This document shows positions 42,721 through 57,914 of a DNA stretch of 64,000 bases, piece by piece. The notes beneath the pieces were generated by a model. It did no database searches. It was not told the DNA's origin and saw only the letters and a list, made by a program, of their open reading frames with translations. The stretch covers positions 79,856,001-79,920,000 of the forward strand of contig OZ024746.1 in assembly GCA_964016885.1 (NCBI GenBank), in the 5' to 3' direction. Origin of the DNA: Eledone cirrhosa (Eukaryota). Every line of letters begins with the position of its first letter. Within the stretch, counting starts at the first letter, position 1. The position numbers and the translations under genes were made by a program.

Positions 42721-43564
42721 CAGAAATAGCCGTCGAAACGGCTTGAGCTCTGCCGTCGGGGTTAAACATTTTCCTATATATAAATATACAAGATAAATAC
42801 TGCCGAATCTGATAGTTCAATGATTGGAGAGCTGTTGCTAGGCAATATGTGATCGGATTGTTAACCACCGTGACATTTTGATATCTCTGGGCATTTTAAG
42901 TTGGATTACAAGTTTGTTGGGCTATTTTTTTTTTTTTTTCTTTTTTTCTCCCCGTTATTTGTTATTTTCATTTATTTGCTCTCTTTGTGTTTTTCATTGT
43001 TTGATACAACTGCCATTTTGACTTACACATTTACCTCCCCTCATCACCATATTCCTTCCGCTATTGGCTTCAAGTCGGGGGTATATTGCGAATCTTCAAT
43101 TATTTTTTTTATGTTTTTCTTTGGTTTTTGTTATAACTCTGGATTTTGATTTTTTTTTCTTTTTTTTTCCGTTTTTAATCTATTTTGTCGTTCGCCATTT
43201 TTCTTTGATAACTTTTTTCTCTCTTTGTATTATTATTATTATTTTTTTTTTTTGTTATTTTTTTTTCATTTCATTCGTTTTTATTATTCAATTCCTCTGC
43301 TTCTTATTATTGAAACCCCACATCATCCACTCACTCATTATTATTACTTTTTTTGTTTATATTTGTATATATTTGTATACTTTTATAGCTTTTTTGTACA
43401 TACGCATGTTAATATTTTATATTCTAATGTGATTTTTTATTTTGTTTTGTTTTGTTGACTTTCTTCGTAAATATTTTACTTCTGTCTTTCGTACGGTTTT
43501 CCATCTATAAAATCTACATTTATCTATCTCGCTTTCTCATCCTTATTTCCTTTCCACCTCTTCA

Positions 43565-43649
<85 letters not shown>

Positions 43650-44655
43650 ATCTTTCTTTCTTTCTTTCTTTGTCTCTCTCTTCCTCTCTCTCTCATTTTC
43701 TCTTCCTTATTTTATTTCCACTTCTTCTCTCTCTCCCCTTCTCTCTCTCCTCTCTCCTTTCTCTCTTTCTCTCTCTCTCTCTCTTCCTCTCTCTCTCTTT
43801 CTCTTCCTTATTTTTTTTATTTCTTCCTTATTTTATTTCCACGTCTTCTCTCACTCTTTCTCTCTCTCTCTTTCTCTGTCTCTCCTTCTCTCTCCCCTCT
43901 CTCCTTTCTGTCCCTTTCTCTCTTTCTCTCTCTCTCTTCCTCTCTCTCTCTCTCTCTCTTTCTCTTCCTTATTTTTTTATCTCTTCCTTATTTTATTTCC
44001 ACGTCTTCTCTCTCTCTTTCTCTCTCTCTCCTTCTCTCTCTCTCTCTCTCTCTTTCTTTTATTTCTTTTTCTCTCTCTCTTTTTCTGCCTTTCTTTGAAT
44101 CCTATATAGATCACTCCCTCCATCTTACTTCCTGATAGAAACTAGTTTAACAAACCGAAACTAAAGATCAGTTAAGAATCATCACCATCATCATCATCAA
44201 CAACAACAACAAAAAAACGACAACAACAGCAATAACTGCAACGGGAGGGACAGTTACAACAGCACAGCTGAAAATAAGCAAAACTCTAACAAGAACAATC
44301 TTACGATCATATTGTCAACCAAATTGAGGATCTTTAAGTTTGGCAGAACGCCTTACAGTTGGTATGAAGCGTGTAGAGGATTCCATCCACTACATAAGTA
44401 CTTCGAGAGAATCGTTAGAGCATCGAACAAAACATTCTGTGATATTTAGTTATGAACGTTGATGCGTTGACTTCAATACTTAACAAGATCAACGCTGTCT
44501 TTCTACTGAATTACGACTGCTTTGGTAACTCTTTAACAAATCTTAAAATACTCTACTGCATGCTTATCTTAATATATATATATATGTGTGTGTGTGGGTG
44601 TGTGTGTGTGTGTGTATGTGTGTGTATGTGTGTGTGTGCGTGTGTGTATGTGTAA

Positions 44656-44689
<34 letters not shown>

Positions 44690-44703
44690 TTACACACACA
44701 CAC

Positions 44704-44737
<34 letters not shown>

Positions 44738-44742
44738 ACGTG

Positions 44743-44803
<61 letters not shown>

Positions 44804-44805
44804 GA

Positions 44806-44843
<38 letters not shown>

Positions 44844-44962
44844 ATGTGTGTGTGAATATATATATATATATATTTATTTATAAATGTATGTATGTTTATA
44901 TATATGTGTTTGTATGTAAGTATGTATATGTGTGTATATATATATATGCATGTCTGTATATG

Positions 44963-45060
<98 letters not shown>

Positions 45061-45169
45061 GTATGTATGTATGTGTATATATATATGTGTGTGTGTATGT
45101 ATGTGTCTGTCTAACTGTCTGTATGTATGCATGCGTATTTGTGTGTTTGTCTCTCTGTCTGTGAGTGTT

Positions 45170-45958
45170 TAGTGTAGAGGGTCGGAAGCCATTCTTTGAC
45201 GCATAGAGTTACGGCCCTTTCCATTCTGAATTCAAATCCCGCCATGGTTAACTTTACCTTTCATCATTACAGGGTCGATAAAATAAAGTACCAGTAATGC
45301 ACTGCGATAATTGCTGGCCTTGTGCCAAAAGTAGAAACAATTAATTTTAGTATCATTAAAACAAGGGGTATTTAGTTATGAGTCTTTATGCTCCGAATTA
45401 AAATCATGGCGAGTTCAAATTTGTATGTCATGTCAGCACCAATCAATTTCTGTAATCAATATAATCGACTATTCACTCTAAGCAATGTTTTTTGTCCTTG
45501 TGTCTATATATGAAATCTGTCCTATATATGAAATCTGTCCTATATATGAAATCATTATGTTCTTATCAAGTTGTTGTAATGTCGTCCAAATGTTTTGTTT
45601 ATTTTCTATTTAATAATTGTTTCTACTTTTGGCACAAGGCCAGCAATTATCCCAGTGCATTACTGGTACTTTATTTTATTGAAGTAAAGGGCCGTAACTC
45701 TAACGATACTGCCAATTCACCGCCCATTTCTATTTAATAATGATTTCTACTATAGGCACAAGGCCAGTAATTTGAGGGGAGGGGAAAGTCGATTAAATCG
45801 ACCCCAGTACGTTACTGGTGCTTTATTTTATCGACCCCGTAAGAATGAAAGGCAAAGTTAACCTCGACAGGATTTGAACCCATACTGTAAAGGGACGTAA
45901 CTCTATGCTGCAATGCATGGTGTCCGACTCTCTACCGATACTGCCATTCCACCGCCCT
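45170..45958. mobile_element. SINE family 1 copies (45170-45342 plus, 45610-45725 minus, 45735-45958 minus)
   Basis: Head and body motifs. Confidence 0.85.
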
Positions 45959-47120
45959 TTTCTATTTAATAATGTGTTTTCATGTTATGTAGTACGTAGT
46001 TTATAAGCTGTCAGTGATGAAATGTTTCCTTCAGTCATGACTGAACGTTCCACACCAATGGCGAACCCTGGGCAGTCGCCCGTGCATACCAGTCTTTTCT
46101 CTCTTACGCCACCAATATCGTCCTAGAGAAATACATAAACCGTTACAGCTTCACACCAATGATGTCGACAACAATTTCATCCCAACTGGATGGACTGGAG
46201 CAGCGTGAAATAAAGTCTCTTGCTCAAGGTTACAATGAGAGACTCGATGCAGGAATCGAACTTAAGGTCTTCCGATCTTGAACCCAACACCTTAACCACT
46301 AAACCACGCACTTTTACAAACTATCAGTAATGTTGTTTATAATATGTTAGCATGTAAAGGCTGAAAACTTTTGTAAATGTCATTTATAATAATTAATTTC
46401 ATCTTCGTAGAGTCTTTGTAGCCATTTTCCTAGCTTACCATTTGTATATAGTTATTATGTAGCTATGATGCAATAATATATTTGATTTGTATCTTGAAGC
46501 CTATTGTACATTAATGCGTTGCATTTGGTATAAAGCTGTTATTAGTGTGTTACTATTACTGTTTTATTTGTTGTTTGTATGTATATTGTGTGGTGTTTGT
46601 ATTACACTATGATATAGGACATTAGTAGCGTGATATTGATTTCTCTCTCGGACACATGAAACGCAGATTTCTTGTTTGGGCACAAAGACACATTTATAGA
46701 AGATGAATGTAACTATGTAACGTTAATGTCTTTCTCAAGACAATTAGATGTGGAATCGAAACGATTTGGCTTTTTTTCAAGTATCGAAACGAACTTACTG
46801 TCTCGGGTCAGTTAACGACTCACGTAAAAAGAATATATATATATATATACACATATGTGTGTATGTGTGTGTAATATAATAAAATCTATTATATATATAT
46901 ATATATATATATATACTTCGTTTTTGAATTTGTTTTCCAGGATTTCTTATCTGAAAGCGTGTGTTGAAACAGATATTGTTATAATTGTTATACTTTGGGA
47001 GGGCCATGGTGCCAATAAAGACACACGCGCATATTCTCTTTTTACTTCAATTTATTATAAATTTCCGGTTGGTTGATTGGTTCAATAACTGGATGGTTGT
47101 ATATATATAAACAACCATCC

Positions 47121-47203
<83 letters not shown>

Positions 47204-47543
47204 GTTGAGAAGGTAACACACCAGAGATAGATATATAGTGCGTTATCAATAATACAGGGAAAAAACCACCAGTGTATGGAATCTATAACCTATGAAAGGC
47301 AGACTATAGACACGATAATTAAAAATATAAATTAAAGCGTAAATAAATACCTTTATAACTATATAACACACGTACAAATCCAAAGATATGTTTCACCAAA
47401 AAATTGTTGAAAGAAATGGTCTAGTCTCGGTTCATCAGCGTGTGTAAGGCCATACATTTCAGACAACACTAGGAGAATTTTACAATTGACTGTCCAGCTA
47501 CACGTGGGAGAGAGAAGTCACAGCGTGTTTTCCGTTAATTTAT

Positions 47544-47611
<68 letters not shown>

Positions 47612-48262
47612 ATAATAATAAATTTGATGACTAAAATCCAAAGAGGGCTCGATAAGGATAAATATATATCAAATATATAAGAACCGTAGAAGATCCCGTT
47701 AAGGGTGAAAGCAGCGATTCTTTGCTTAAACTTTAATCTGTTATTTTAATATATATATATATATATATATATAATGTATAATAAACAATACAATATAATT
47801 ACCTCATTACCAGAGGTTTCCCGAACAAGACGAATACGAAAGAAACGTCCTCATCCGTTCGTCGGACAAGGCAATATAATAAACATAGTGAAATATTTGG
47901 AAAGTCTCCTCAAGAAATGCAAAAAAAAAATATATATATATATATATAAATAAAGGTAATGCAATAGACATATAAAATATATAAAAAAATATAGGGAAAT
48001 ATAGTTAGGTGTGTGTATATGTATGTATATACACTCACAAATGTACATATGTATGTATGTACAAATGCGTGTGTATGGTGAAAATGTGTGCGTAAGTACA
48101 TATATGAGGGCAAGTATATGTGTGTATATGTAACCACAAATACGGATATAATCTAGTTGACACGAATTCAGAAGCAGGTATTTAGATACACATATTAGTA
48201 TGAAAGCACGCGTATGGATACACACACACGCTCGATCATTTATTTCAACGGAAACTTCAATA

Positions 48263-48309
<47 letters not shown>

Positions 48310-48351
48310 AATACAATCAAGTATTGCCGCTCGCCAATATATAACTACATC

Positions 48352-48461
48352 TGACCCAAACCCTAACCTTGACCCTAATCCTAACCCTAATCCTAACCCT
48401 AACCCTAACCCTAACCCTAACCCTAACCCTAATCCTAACCCTAATCCTAACCCTAACCCTA
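48352..48461 (-). repeat. Interstitial telomere-like (TTAGGG)n tract
   Basis: (CCCTAA)n with TCCTAA variants, about 17 units. Confidence 0.9.
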
Positions 48462-49275
48462 AGATATGTTGATTCTAAATTCGGATTGACTTTTCGATTT
48501 TTTTTTCTACTACAACTACAGTGCAGAGGATCTCTAATTCTCAGTGTTGTCTAGTCTTGAAGTATTTCAGACCCTCACGGTTCCTTTATTTATCTCAGCT
48601 CCTCTCAACAGACATATCCATTCCCAGACCCTACACCGTAAGTGTTCTGGAATTTCCAACCAGTTCCTAGTTATTCTGCAGCTGTCGTCTGGAGATATTC
48701 CAGAGGAAGAATAATTACGTCGAACTATTTTGTCATTCATGGTTACAATCTACTCAACTAGATCAAATTCTCTATTTTTTTTAAATGGTTCCCCAATCCG
48801 TAAAATAATATACTGGAGTCGAAATATTTGACATTAACAGACTTTTTAAATAGCAACGAGGAATCAACATTGAGACATATTGACAATCGAAAAGAAAACA
48901 GAATTTAATAAATGCTAAGTTGAAAACATTTTCAATGGTATTATCGAAAGTATCTGTGCTTTATATACATACATAAATACATACATATATACATACACAC
49001 GTACATAGGTAATACATACATGCACACATACATACTTACCTCCCTACCTATATACATATATACATACATATATACATATATACATACACATATACATACA
49101 TATACATATATATATGTACATGTCATATATATATATTATTTTTATTGTTATTAAAGGATTATGCTTTCATTTACTTAAGCATAATGTTCTTCTTTATTAA
49201 AAGATTATATTTTTCGTTTCCTCTTAAAGATTAAGCTTTGTTACGTAAATATGATGGCATGTGTGCATACCCCTA

Positions 49276-49318
<43 letters not shown>

Positions 49319-49413
49319 TATATATCATTATATACATATATGCATATATCTATATGTATATATCTATATAATTATATATATAAATGATATATATATAATT
49401 ATATATATATGTG

Positions 49414-49463
<50 letters not shown>

Positions 49464-49469
49464 TGTATG

Positions 49470-49517
<48 letters not shown>

Positions 49518-49844
49518 TGTATGTATATGTATATATATACATACATATACATATAAATATATATACATATGTCTGTGTATATATATATATATATGTTTAT
49601 ATTGAATATATATATATATAAGCATATACACTCTTGCACATACACACACACATACGCACACACACAAACACACACACACACACACCTATATATATATATA
49701 TATATATAATTATTTTTCAAAACACATCTGGAATGATTCTTTAAAACAGGAACCTAACAAAATTTTGGAGAAACTAGCTTAAAGCAATATAACTTAATGT
49801 TACAATAGATAATTAAATAAAAAATTCAGGATACATATATTCAA

Positions 49845-49900
<56 letters not shown>

Positions 49901-50195
49901 ATAAAATATAAAATAGAATATTAAAAATGTAAATATGTATTCTGTTGTAATATAATTATGACTTGAATTGTTTTATTCAGTTACTCTACATCATGTTTTA
50001 TACAGGCCTACACACACACAGATACACACACACACATACACACACAGACACACACACGCACACACACGCACACATACACACACACACACTCAGACACACA
50101 TACACACACACACGCGCGCGCGCGCGCACACACTCACACTCAGACACACACACACACACACCACACACACCACACACACCACACATATATATATA

Positions 50196-50468
50196 TGGCC
50201 TAGGGCTAAGGAGTTTGGGCGTTCGATCATAATGTGGGTTCGGTTCCTGGGCTAGGTTGCGTGTTATGTCCACCAACAAAACACTTTATTTCTCGTCGCT
50301 CCAGAATATTCAGTTGCAATGAGTACGAGCAATAGCTAGGGCTTTACTCCTGCGATGGACTGATGTCCTGTCCAGGGGGAGTTTTGTACTCTGAGTCGCT
50401 TCACGCCACGTAAACCGGGAGAAACACCGATCTGATAAGCCTCGGAGCTCGTGACAGACTTTAGACTT
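50196..50468 (+). mobile_element. SINE family 2
   Basis: Homologous to 2198-2478 over its full length. Confidence 0.8.
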
Positions 50469-50575
50469 TATCTATAGGACCCCGCCGGCTGAGCTCCGGT
50501 CGTTTCAAAAGCTATATCCGAACTCATAATGTGGGTTCGATTCCTGGGCTGGGTTGCGGATCTAATATATATATA

Positions 50576-50606
<31 letters not shown>

Positions 50607-51181
50607 GTGTATGTGTGTGTGTGTATATACCTGTCTATGTATGTGCGTTTGTGTGAGTGTTGGAGCAATCCCACAATTCAAACACTTACAGAAAGACACC
50701 AACTCCCACTCTGTAAATAAAAACTTTATAACAGCTAAAATGCCAAACTCTACTCTAATCACTCTACAGTTCCTCACCATAGATTTCATATGCAGTCACC
50801 ACAACAGACACTGCAATGACTTCAACAACACTTCTGGTAATAACACCAACAACAATGAGACCATCTTCAAAACTATCGCCACTGGAAAGTCTATTGATTA
50901 ATATTGCTCTCATTCCTTTTGCAAATGTTTCCTTATTTTACTCCTTCGTCAATTCCTCTATTATGACTTCTAACACAACCACCATTAACAGTACGACATC
51001 AACTAACATTCCCATCAATAAATGGGTCCTGGACTCCTGATGGAGCCGTGGTACTCGGCGTCCCTTTGGGTATTTTAAACGCGGCAGAGCCCACCTTTCT
51101 GCAGTTCTGAATACAGCCGAGTATTTTCAGAAAGAAAGTGGGAGAGAGAGGGGAAGAGAAAGAAAGATATATATATATATA

Positions 51182-51381
51182 TAACGAAGGAAATGTGGTA
51201 AGGAACCAGGTGGACCATAACGCACCAAAGTACTCAATACTTAGGGTAGTAGAGTGGGTAATAGGAACCAGTAAGACCCCGACGGCTGAGCTCAAGCCGT
51301 TTCGACGGCTAATTCTGGACTGATGAGTCCAGAATTAGCCGTCGAAACGGCTTGAGTTCAGCTGTCGGGGTCTTACTGGTT

Positions 51382-51384
<3 letters not shown>
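51182..51384 (-). mobile_element. Family A fold-back element (PLE pseudo-LTR-like) in (TA)n
   Basis: About 75-nt tail plus inverted arms 51260-51320 / 51327-51384. Other copies: 4740-4853, 20837-21032, 21398-21497, 39463-39590, 41475-41535, 42717-42775, 50473-50527, 58568-58691. Confidence 0.8.
51320..51370 (+). ncRNA. Minimal hammerhead core, family A
   Basis: CTGATGA-G...C-GAAA-CGGCT-TGAGTTC-AGCTG-TC (other copies CGGCT-TGAGCTC-AGCCG-TC); predicted GUC cleavage after 51366. The 5' strand of stem I is lost at the fold-back. Confidence 0.65.
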
Positions 51385-51470
<86 letters not shown>

Positions 51471-52499
51471 GGGGGGGGGACAGGGAGACAGACAGACAGG
51501 ATTAATCCCCATACTGGACTAGTACTATATTTATCTATCTCAAATGCATGAAAGGCAAAGTTAACCTCTACGGGATTTGAGCTAATACCGCGAAGCATTG
51601 TATCCGACATTCTGAGGAATCTGACAATTCACTGCTTCCAACCAACACTACTTTGAACTATAATTACTTTACCCATCTTTTAGAAAACTGGATGCAACAC
51701 CACAGTGATTACTACTACTACTGCTACTACAGTTATCGGTATTATAACCATAATTGTTCCTATAGCACTACCAACACATTACAACCACTTGTACCACTTC
51801 ACCATTAAATATTACTAACACCATAACCATATCAAGTCTTCCAAATAGGGCTTAAAAGCAGTAGACGAGGTGAATAGAATGAAGTGTTTTAAACTCATTT
51901 AGGTGTGTTAAACATATCTAGTTTTCTGCCCACTAAACTAAAGCGCTACCTTTGCCTATGGGGAATGTTTAAGCTAACACAGTATTGTTTCTTCTGATCT
52001 TACTTACATCATCGCCTGGGGTTCAATATCGTGTCAAGGAACCAATAAATTTAATAAGTATTCTTCTAAACAATAGACATGCACCACTTGATTCACGAGT
52101 TACAAAGAATATTCAATCATGGTTTGAATGCTGTAGTTTCTTTCTACTTTTGAATATACCTTAGATGAAATACATTAATATTGCTACCTTTTAAATATCT
52201 CCTTTCCAGATTTGTTTGTTTGCGCATGTGTGTATATATATTATATATTTCAAGAAAGTGTGAATGTTACCGTGTATTTAAACACTCACTCATGCACACC
52301 TATGTGTGTATATATGCGTATGTGCGGGTGTATTGTTAAATGAATATATTTATAATTAATTTTAACATGATATATATGAGTGCGTGTTTGTATACACACA
52401 TATATATATATATATGTGTGTGTGTGTGTTTAAGTGTGTGCGTTTATATATATACATATATATGTATATACATATATATGTGTATATGTATGTATAAAC

Positions 52500-52730
52500 A
52501 CGTAAGGATGAAAGGCAAAGCTAACCTCGATGGGAGTTGGACTCCGAACCTAAAGGGCCATATCTGTATGTTGCGAAACATGGCATCCGTAGAGTGTCGG
52601 ACACCCTGCTTTACCTTTCATCCTTACGAGGTTGATAAAATAAAGTACCAGTCACGCACTGGAGTCGATTTAATCGACTTTCCCCTCTCCCCATAATTGC
52701 TGGACTTGTGTCTGAATCAGAAACGATTAT
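52500..52730. mobile_element. SINE family 1 fragments in opposite orientations
   Basis: 52501-52590 minus, 52590-52730 plus. Confidence 0.7.
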
Positions 52731-52869
52731 TAAAAGGACAGTAGACAAAGTTTACATTCAGAGTTTAAATATTGCATGCTGACTATAAGTATAGGTTTGT
52801 TGTTTCGTTTAGAGGGTTACTGATCCCCATTGGAAGAATCCTTTTCTTGTGTATATAAAAAAAAGTTTG

Positions 52870-53115
52870 TCTTATACCCAGAGACTCACCTAGTCAGTGT
52901 TTATCCCGGTTTCATTGCCGTTGAGCGACTGAGAATAAACGACCCTTCCCTAATCAGGACGCCAGTCCATCGTAGAGTTAACCCCCAACTACTGCTGGAA
53001 ATTATTTTCAACTGAATGTGCTAGAGTATCATGAAATGAAGTGTATTGCTCAAGAACACAACAGCAATCGTAAGCCCAACACGCTAACACGCTAACCACT
53101 AGGGCACACGCCTTC
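52870..53115 (-). mobile_element. SINE family 2 (partial relatives at 38840-38945, 46190-46310, 59058-59176)
   Basis: ggacgccagtccatcgtagagttaa, tgctcaagaacacaac. Confidence 0.75.
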
Positions 53116-53159
53116 AATTATATATGTAGGAGTTAATAACATGGGTTTTATTTATGGGG

Positions 53160-53490
53160 ATAGCATGGTTTTTCTATTTTGTCATAGTACAGCTGATGCC
53201 TTTCATTAGCATTGAGGCTGCTTAGTTGATGTGGATTGGCTTCAATATCGATGAGTGTGGAATGCTATCAAACGCTTTATGATAACCAATCCAGGCCATG
53301 TTGTTGTTTGCTTTCCTCTTTATACTATCAACTATAATTCCTTGGATCACCAGTAACTGCTCTTTACAACCTCTCTCTTCCTCTGCTAATATATTGCTGT
53401 TTTCCACTAGTCTAACCAGTCTGTTGTATAATGTGAATGTCAGGGCTTTATAAGACGTTGGTATAGACCTATACTTTTGTGGGTTAGTAT
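53160..53490 (-). pseudogene. Degraded RT fragment of an R4/Dong-like non-LTR element
   Basis: Minus strand reads NPQKYRS..YKALT then ILAEEERGCKEQLLV...MAWIGYHKAFDSIPHSSI, matching RT motifs 1-3 of RLE clades. Confidence 0.7.
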
Positions 53491-53509
53491 TTATTTGTGA
53501 TTAATATTA

Positions 53510-53925
53510 TGATTGAATCGGTAGAGCGTCGGATCAAATGCTTCGTGGCATAGAATTACGGCTCTTTACGCTCTGATTTTAAATCCCGCTGAGGTTAGCT
53601 TTGCCTTTCATCCTTACGGGGTCGATAAAATAACATACCACTAACACACTGGGGTCGATTTAATCGATTTTCCTCTCCTCCAAATTTGTTGGGCTTTGTG
53701 CCTAAATCAGAAACCATTATTGAGAGTGGGGGGATTGGTAAAATTGATTGAGCGACGGACAAGATACTTTGTGGTATTTGTTCTGGATCTTTACCTTCTG
53801 ACTTCAAACCCCGCCGAGGTCAACTTTGCCTTTCATCATGTAGGGGTCGATAAAATAAATGTACCAGTAACAGACTGAATCAATTTAATTGACTTAACTC
53901 TCTCCTTTTTCAAATTGCTGGCCAA
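53510..53925 (+). mobile_element. Two tandem SINE family 1 copies
   Basis: Head and body motifs occur twice. Confidence 0.8.
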
Positions 53926-54240
53926 AAATAAAAGCAATGATTATTATTATTACTATTTGCTTTCTCTGTATTCAGACAGTTTTGCAATTTCACAATTTTA
54001 GACTAATTTTAGCGACATTAAAATTTCTTTTTCTTTCATTTCCACTGTCATTACGGTCACATAAAGCTACCATTATAGATATGTTGCCATTATGCACTTT
54101 ATAACTTTACATATCTTTCTAGCTGGCACAACACGACACAACAGTTCTGGTTCTGTTTGCAAGGCACTTTAAATTGAACTGCTACTTTCTCTCTCTCTCT
54201 CTCTCTCTCTCCCTCTCCCTCCCCCCTCTCTCTCTCTCAT

Positions 54241-54275
<35 letters not shown>

Positions 54276-54307
54276 CACACTCTCTCTCTCCTTCCTTTCT
54301 TTCGCTC

Positions 54308-54348
<41 letters not shown>

Positions 54349-54372
54349 ATATATATATATATATCTTTCTCC

Positions 54373-54404
<32 letters not shown>

Positions 54405-54881
54405 GTATCTATCTATCTATCTATATATCTTTCTCTACCATCCCTCTCTCTCTCTCCCTCTCTCTCTCTCTCTCTTTCTCTCTCTGTGTGTGTCTTTCTC
54501 TCTTACTGCATACTCATGCAGCCAAAGCGATCACTGACGATATAGCTTCGCCATTTACTAGACATTAATAACTGTATTGATATATTTGTGACTACAACAA
54601 TAAATCAAACGTATAGAGAGAAAAAGAAAATAAGGCCGATGGTGAAATTGCTTTTGCCGAACGAAGCAACAGCGGCCATCAACGTTTATCTAAGAAACAT
54701 TCACTCTTCTTGTATTTGCTTCTACAACACCACCGCCTTTCGCTTCTACACACAGCCTCACACACGCACACACACATACACACACACGCACACACACATA
54801 CACACACACGCAGACACACACGCAGACACACACACACACACATACACACACAAACAAACACATAAACACACTCAAATACAA

Positions 54882-54916
<35 letters not shown>

Positions 54917-55620
54917 GGCACACAAGCACACTTAAACACACAAACACACACGAACGCAAACACATTCACACACACATACAAAACCTCACACACACAAACA
55001 CACTGGCACACAAACGCACTTAAACACACAAACACACTTAAACACACTCACACACACTAACGCGCACCCCCCCCCCCCACACACATATATATATATACAA
55101 ACACAAACACATACGAATAAATACACACAAACACACTCATACTTACACAGACACACAACTTCTCACATACACACACAACTTCACACAAACACATAAACAC
55201 ATTGATGCACGCATGCACAACCATCAGCACACACATATGCATATACATACACGCAATTTTCGCTTACACCATACTGGAAAACTTGAAAGAACCATGCCAA
55301 CAAGATGGCTGTATATTGGTTTTACGTTGCGACTTCCTGTCAATCTTCTACTGTGGTAGACATTAACGTCAATATGTAAGCATAAACAACCGAAGTTTCT
55401 CTTTCTTTCTCTTGCCCCCATTCCCCAACCTTCAGCCACTACTACCACCACCACCACCACCACCACCACCACCACCACCACCAATAACAACACCACTAAC
55501 AACACCAACAACACCAAGAGTCTCATAACACCTAGCAACTCTCACCTTCCATCGCCATTAGCAAACATTCTAACGCTAATACTCACCCCGTGCTACTTCT
55601 ACTACAACTACTACTACAAA

Positions 55621-55658
<38 letters not shown>

Positions 55659-55671
55659 TTACTATTAATAA

Positions 55672-56418
55672 TAATAATTGTTTCTACTTTTAGCACAAGG
55701 CCAGCATTTACCCAGTACATTACTGGTACTTTATTTTATCGACCTCATAAGGATGAAAAGCAAAGTTAACCTTGGCGGGATTTGAACTCAGATTATAAAG
55801 GGCCGCAACTCTATGCTACAAAGCATGGCGTTCGACCCTCTACCGATACTGCCAATCCACCGCCATCCATAACTCTATAATAATAATAATGCTTTCTTTA
55901 TTAACCACAAGGGTTTACACAAAGTAGACATTAAGGACAGTACAGGACAATACAAGACGGTACAAAAGGGCATTTCTGCATGTAAAAAAAAACAAAAAAA
56001 CAATAATAATAATAAAAACAAATGGTACATATTTTAGCGACTTGTTGGAATCCAGTGGGATTTGAAGCACAGAGCCCAATATGACACAACATGCAACCCA
56101 TTGCTCTACCGAGTCTGACGCTCCTATAACTTAATTAAATCTGCGATTTCTAGTATTTATGTAAGGATACAAAAAAATAGAAGTAAAATAACCGATTCCT
56201 AGTAAGTTATTGGTATTCCTTTTAATCAATTGCTTCTACTTTAGGCACAAGGCCAGCAATTACCCCAGTGTATTACTGGTACTTTATTTTATCGACCCCG
56301 TAAGGATGAAAGGCAAAGTTAACCTCGGCGGGATGTGAACTCAGGCTATATAGGACCGTGACTCTTTGCTGCAAAGCATGGCATCAGACCCTCTACCGAT
56401 ACTGCCAATCCACCGCCT
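55672..56418 (-). mobile_element. Two full SINE family 1 copies (55672-55866, 56226-56418)
   Basis: Near full-length matches. Confidence 0.85.
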
Positions 56419-56743
56419 CTTTTAATTAATACAAGAAAAATATAAAGTAATGTAAATAATACCAGAGGGATTTGAACTCAGGATATAGAGACGTAACTAA
56501 ATGGCACAGGTCGTTTAAACCGGCACTTTACCACTCTTGTTACACACACATCATTGTTCTTTTACCTTTGAGCACGATATTTAAAGCAAAACATATTACA
56601 TATGATTTGCCATTTGAATGGATGCACATCTGCATCTCATAAACATTTGCATGAATATGTGTGTAAAATAAGTAAGTATAGTACATGTGTATGTCTTTAC
56701 ACGCGTATAAGTTATCATGTCAGTTTTAAAAGGCATACGTGCG

Positions 56744-56806
<63 letters not shown>

Positions 56807-56873
56807 ATGTGTGCGTATGTGTTTGTGTGAATATATATGTGTGCTTATTTGGTAGTACACACACACAAACCTA

Positions 56874-56913
<40 letters not shown>

Positions 56914-56933
56914 CAGGTATGTATGGGTATACA

Positions 56934-57005
<72 letters not shown>

Positions 57006-57108
57006 TACAAATTTGTAGGTGTATTTGTGCCTGATTATGAATGAATATACAGGAAAGCGGCATTACGTGAGCGAGCGTGTTTGGTGTAGTAGTGTATATA
57101 TATATGCG

Positions 57109-57146
<38 letters not shown>

Positions 57147-57163
57147 TGTGTGTATGTGTGTGT

Positions 57164-57222
<59 letters not shown>

Positions 57223-57789
57223 TACAGGCGCATTAGATGTAGACCATGTTTGTACAAAATACGTGGCAAAACGATGTAGTTTTGCCTCCATCTTGAAATG
57301 TCATCTACTCTCAACTGACAAGTAAGCTCACTTAGAACAACCGCCATACATCAAAAGGAAAGATTTTATGCCAAGGCACTTTAACTAAAAGTATTCGACT
57401 GATTAAGAATTGCGTCTGAACTGCCATTCTTTCTAAAAACTTTCTAAATAGTTTTACCACGTAAAGTTTAGTAAATTTATGGAGTAAAATATTTCTGGTA
57501 CGTTAAATAAAGACGATGGTTTGGAATGGTGAGGAGATGAAAATGGCTGAAATTCATCGTACAAAGTACGTTCTAGAAGGATAGTCAATAGAGTTGCTTT
57601 GTTAGTGACAATCTGTGTCGACATGAATATGATGGCAAATATAAACAAGAGAGGTGAATGACGTACAAAATGGGAGAGACTAACGGCCGAAAGACTGCTA
57701 TTTACTTCTTTTTGTCATTTGCTTTTAAGTTCTTAATATTATGTCTCTATTGTGAGTTTAATGTCGAAGATTATGGGTTTGTATGTGTG

Positions 57790-57849
<60 letters not shown>

Positions 57850-57863
57850 TTTTAATATAGATG

Positions 57864-57914
57864 AGATTCTACAGGAATAGAACTGTTTCATTCTTTAGAA
57901 ATCATCAGGAATCT
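57864..57914 (-). ncRNA. Type I hammerhead ribozyme, family B (inverted arm)
   Basis: Reverse complement of the 58253 copy with one change in loop III. Confidence 0.75.
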
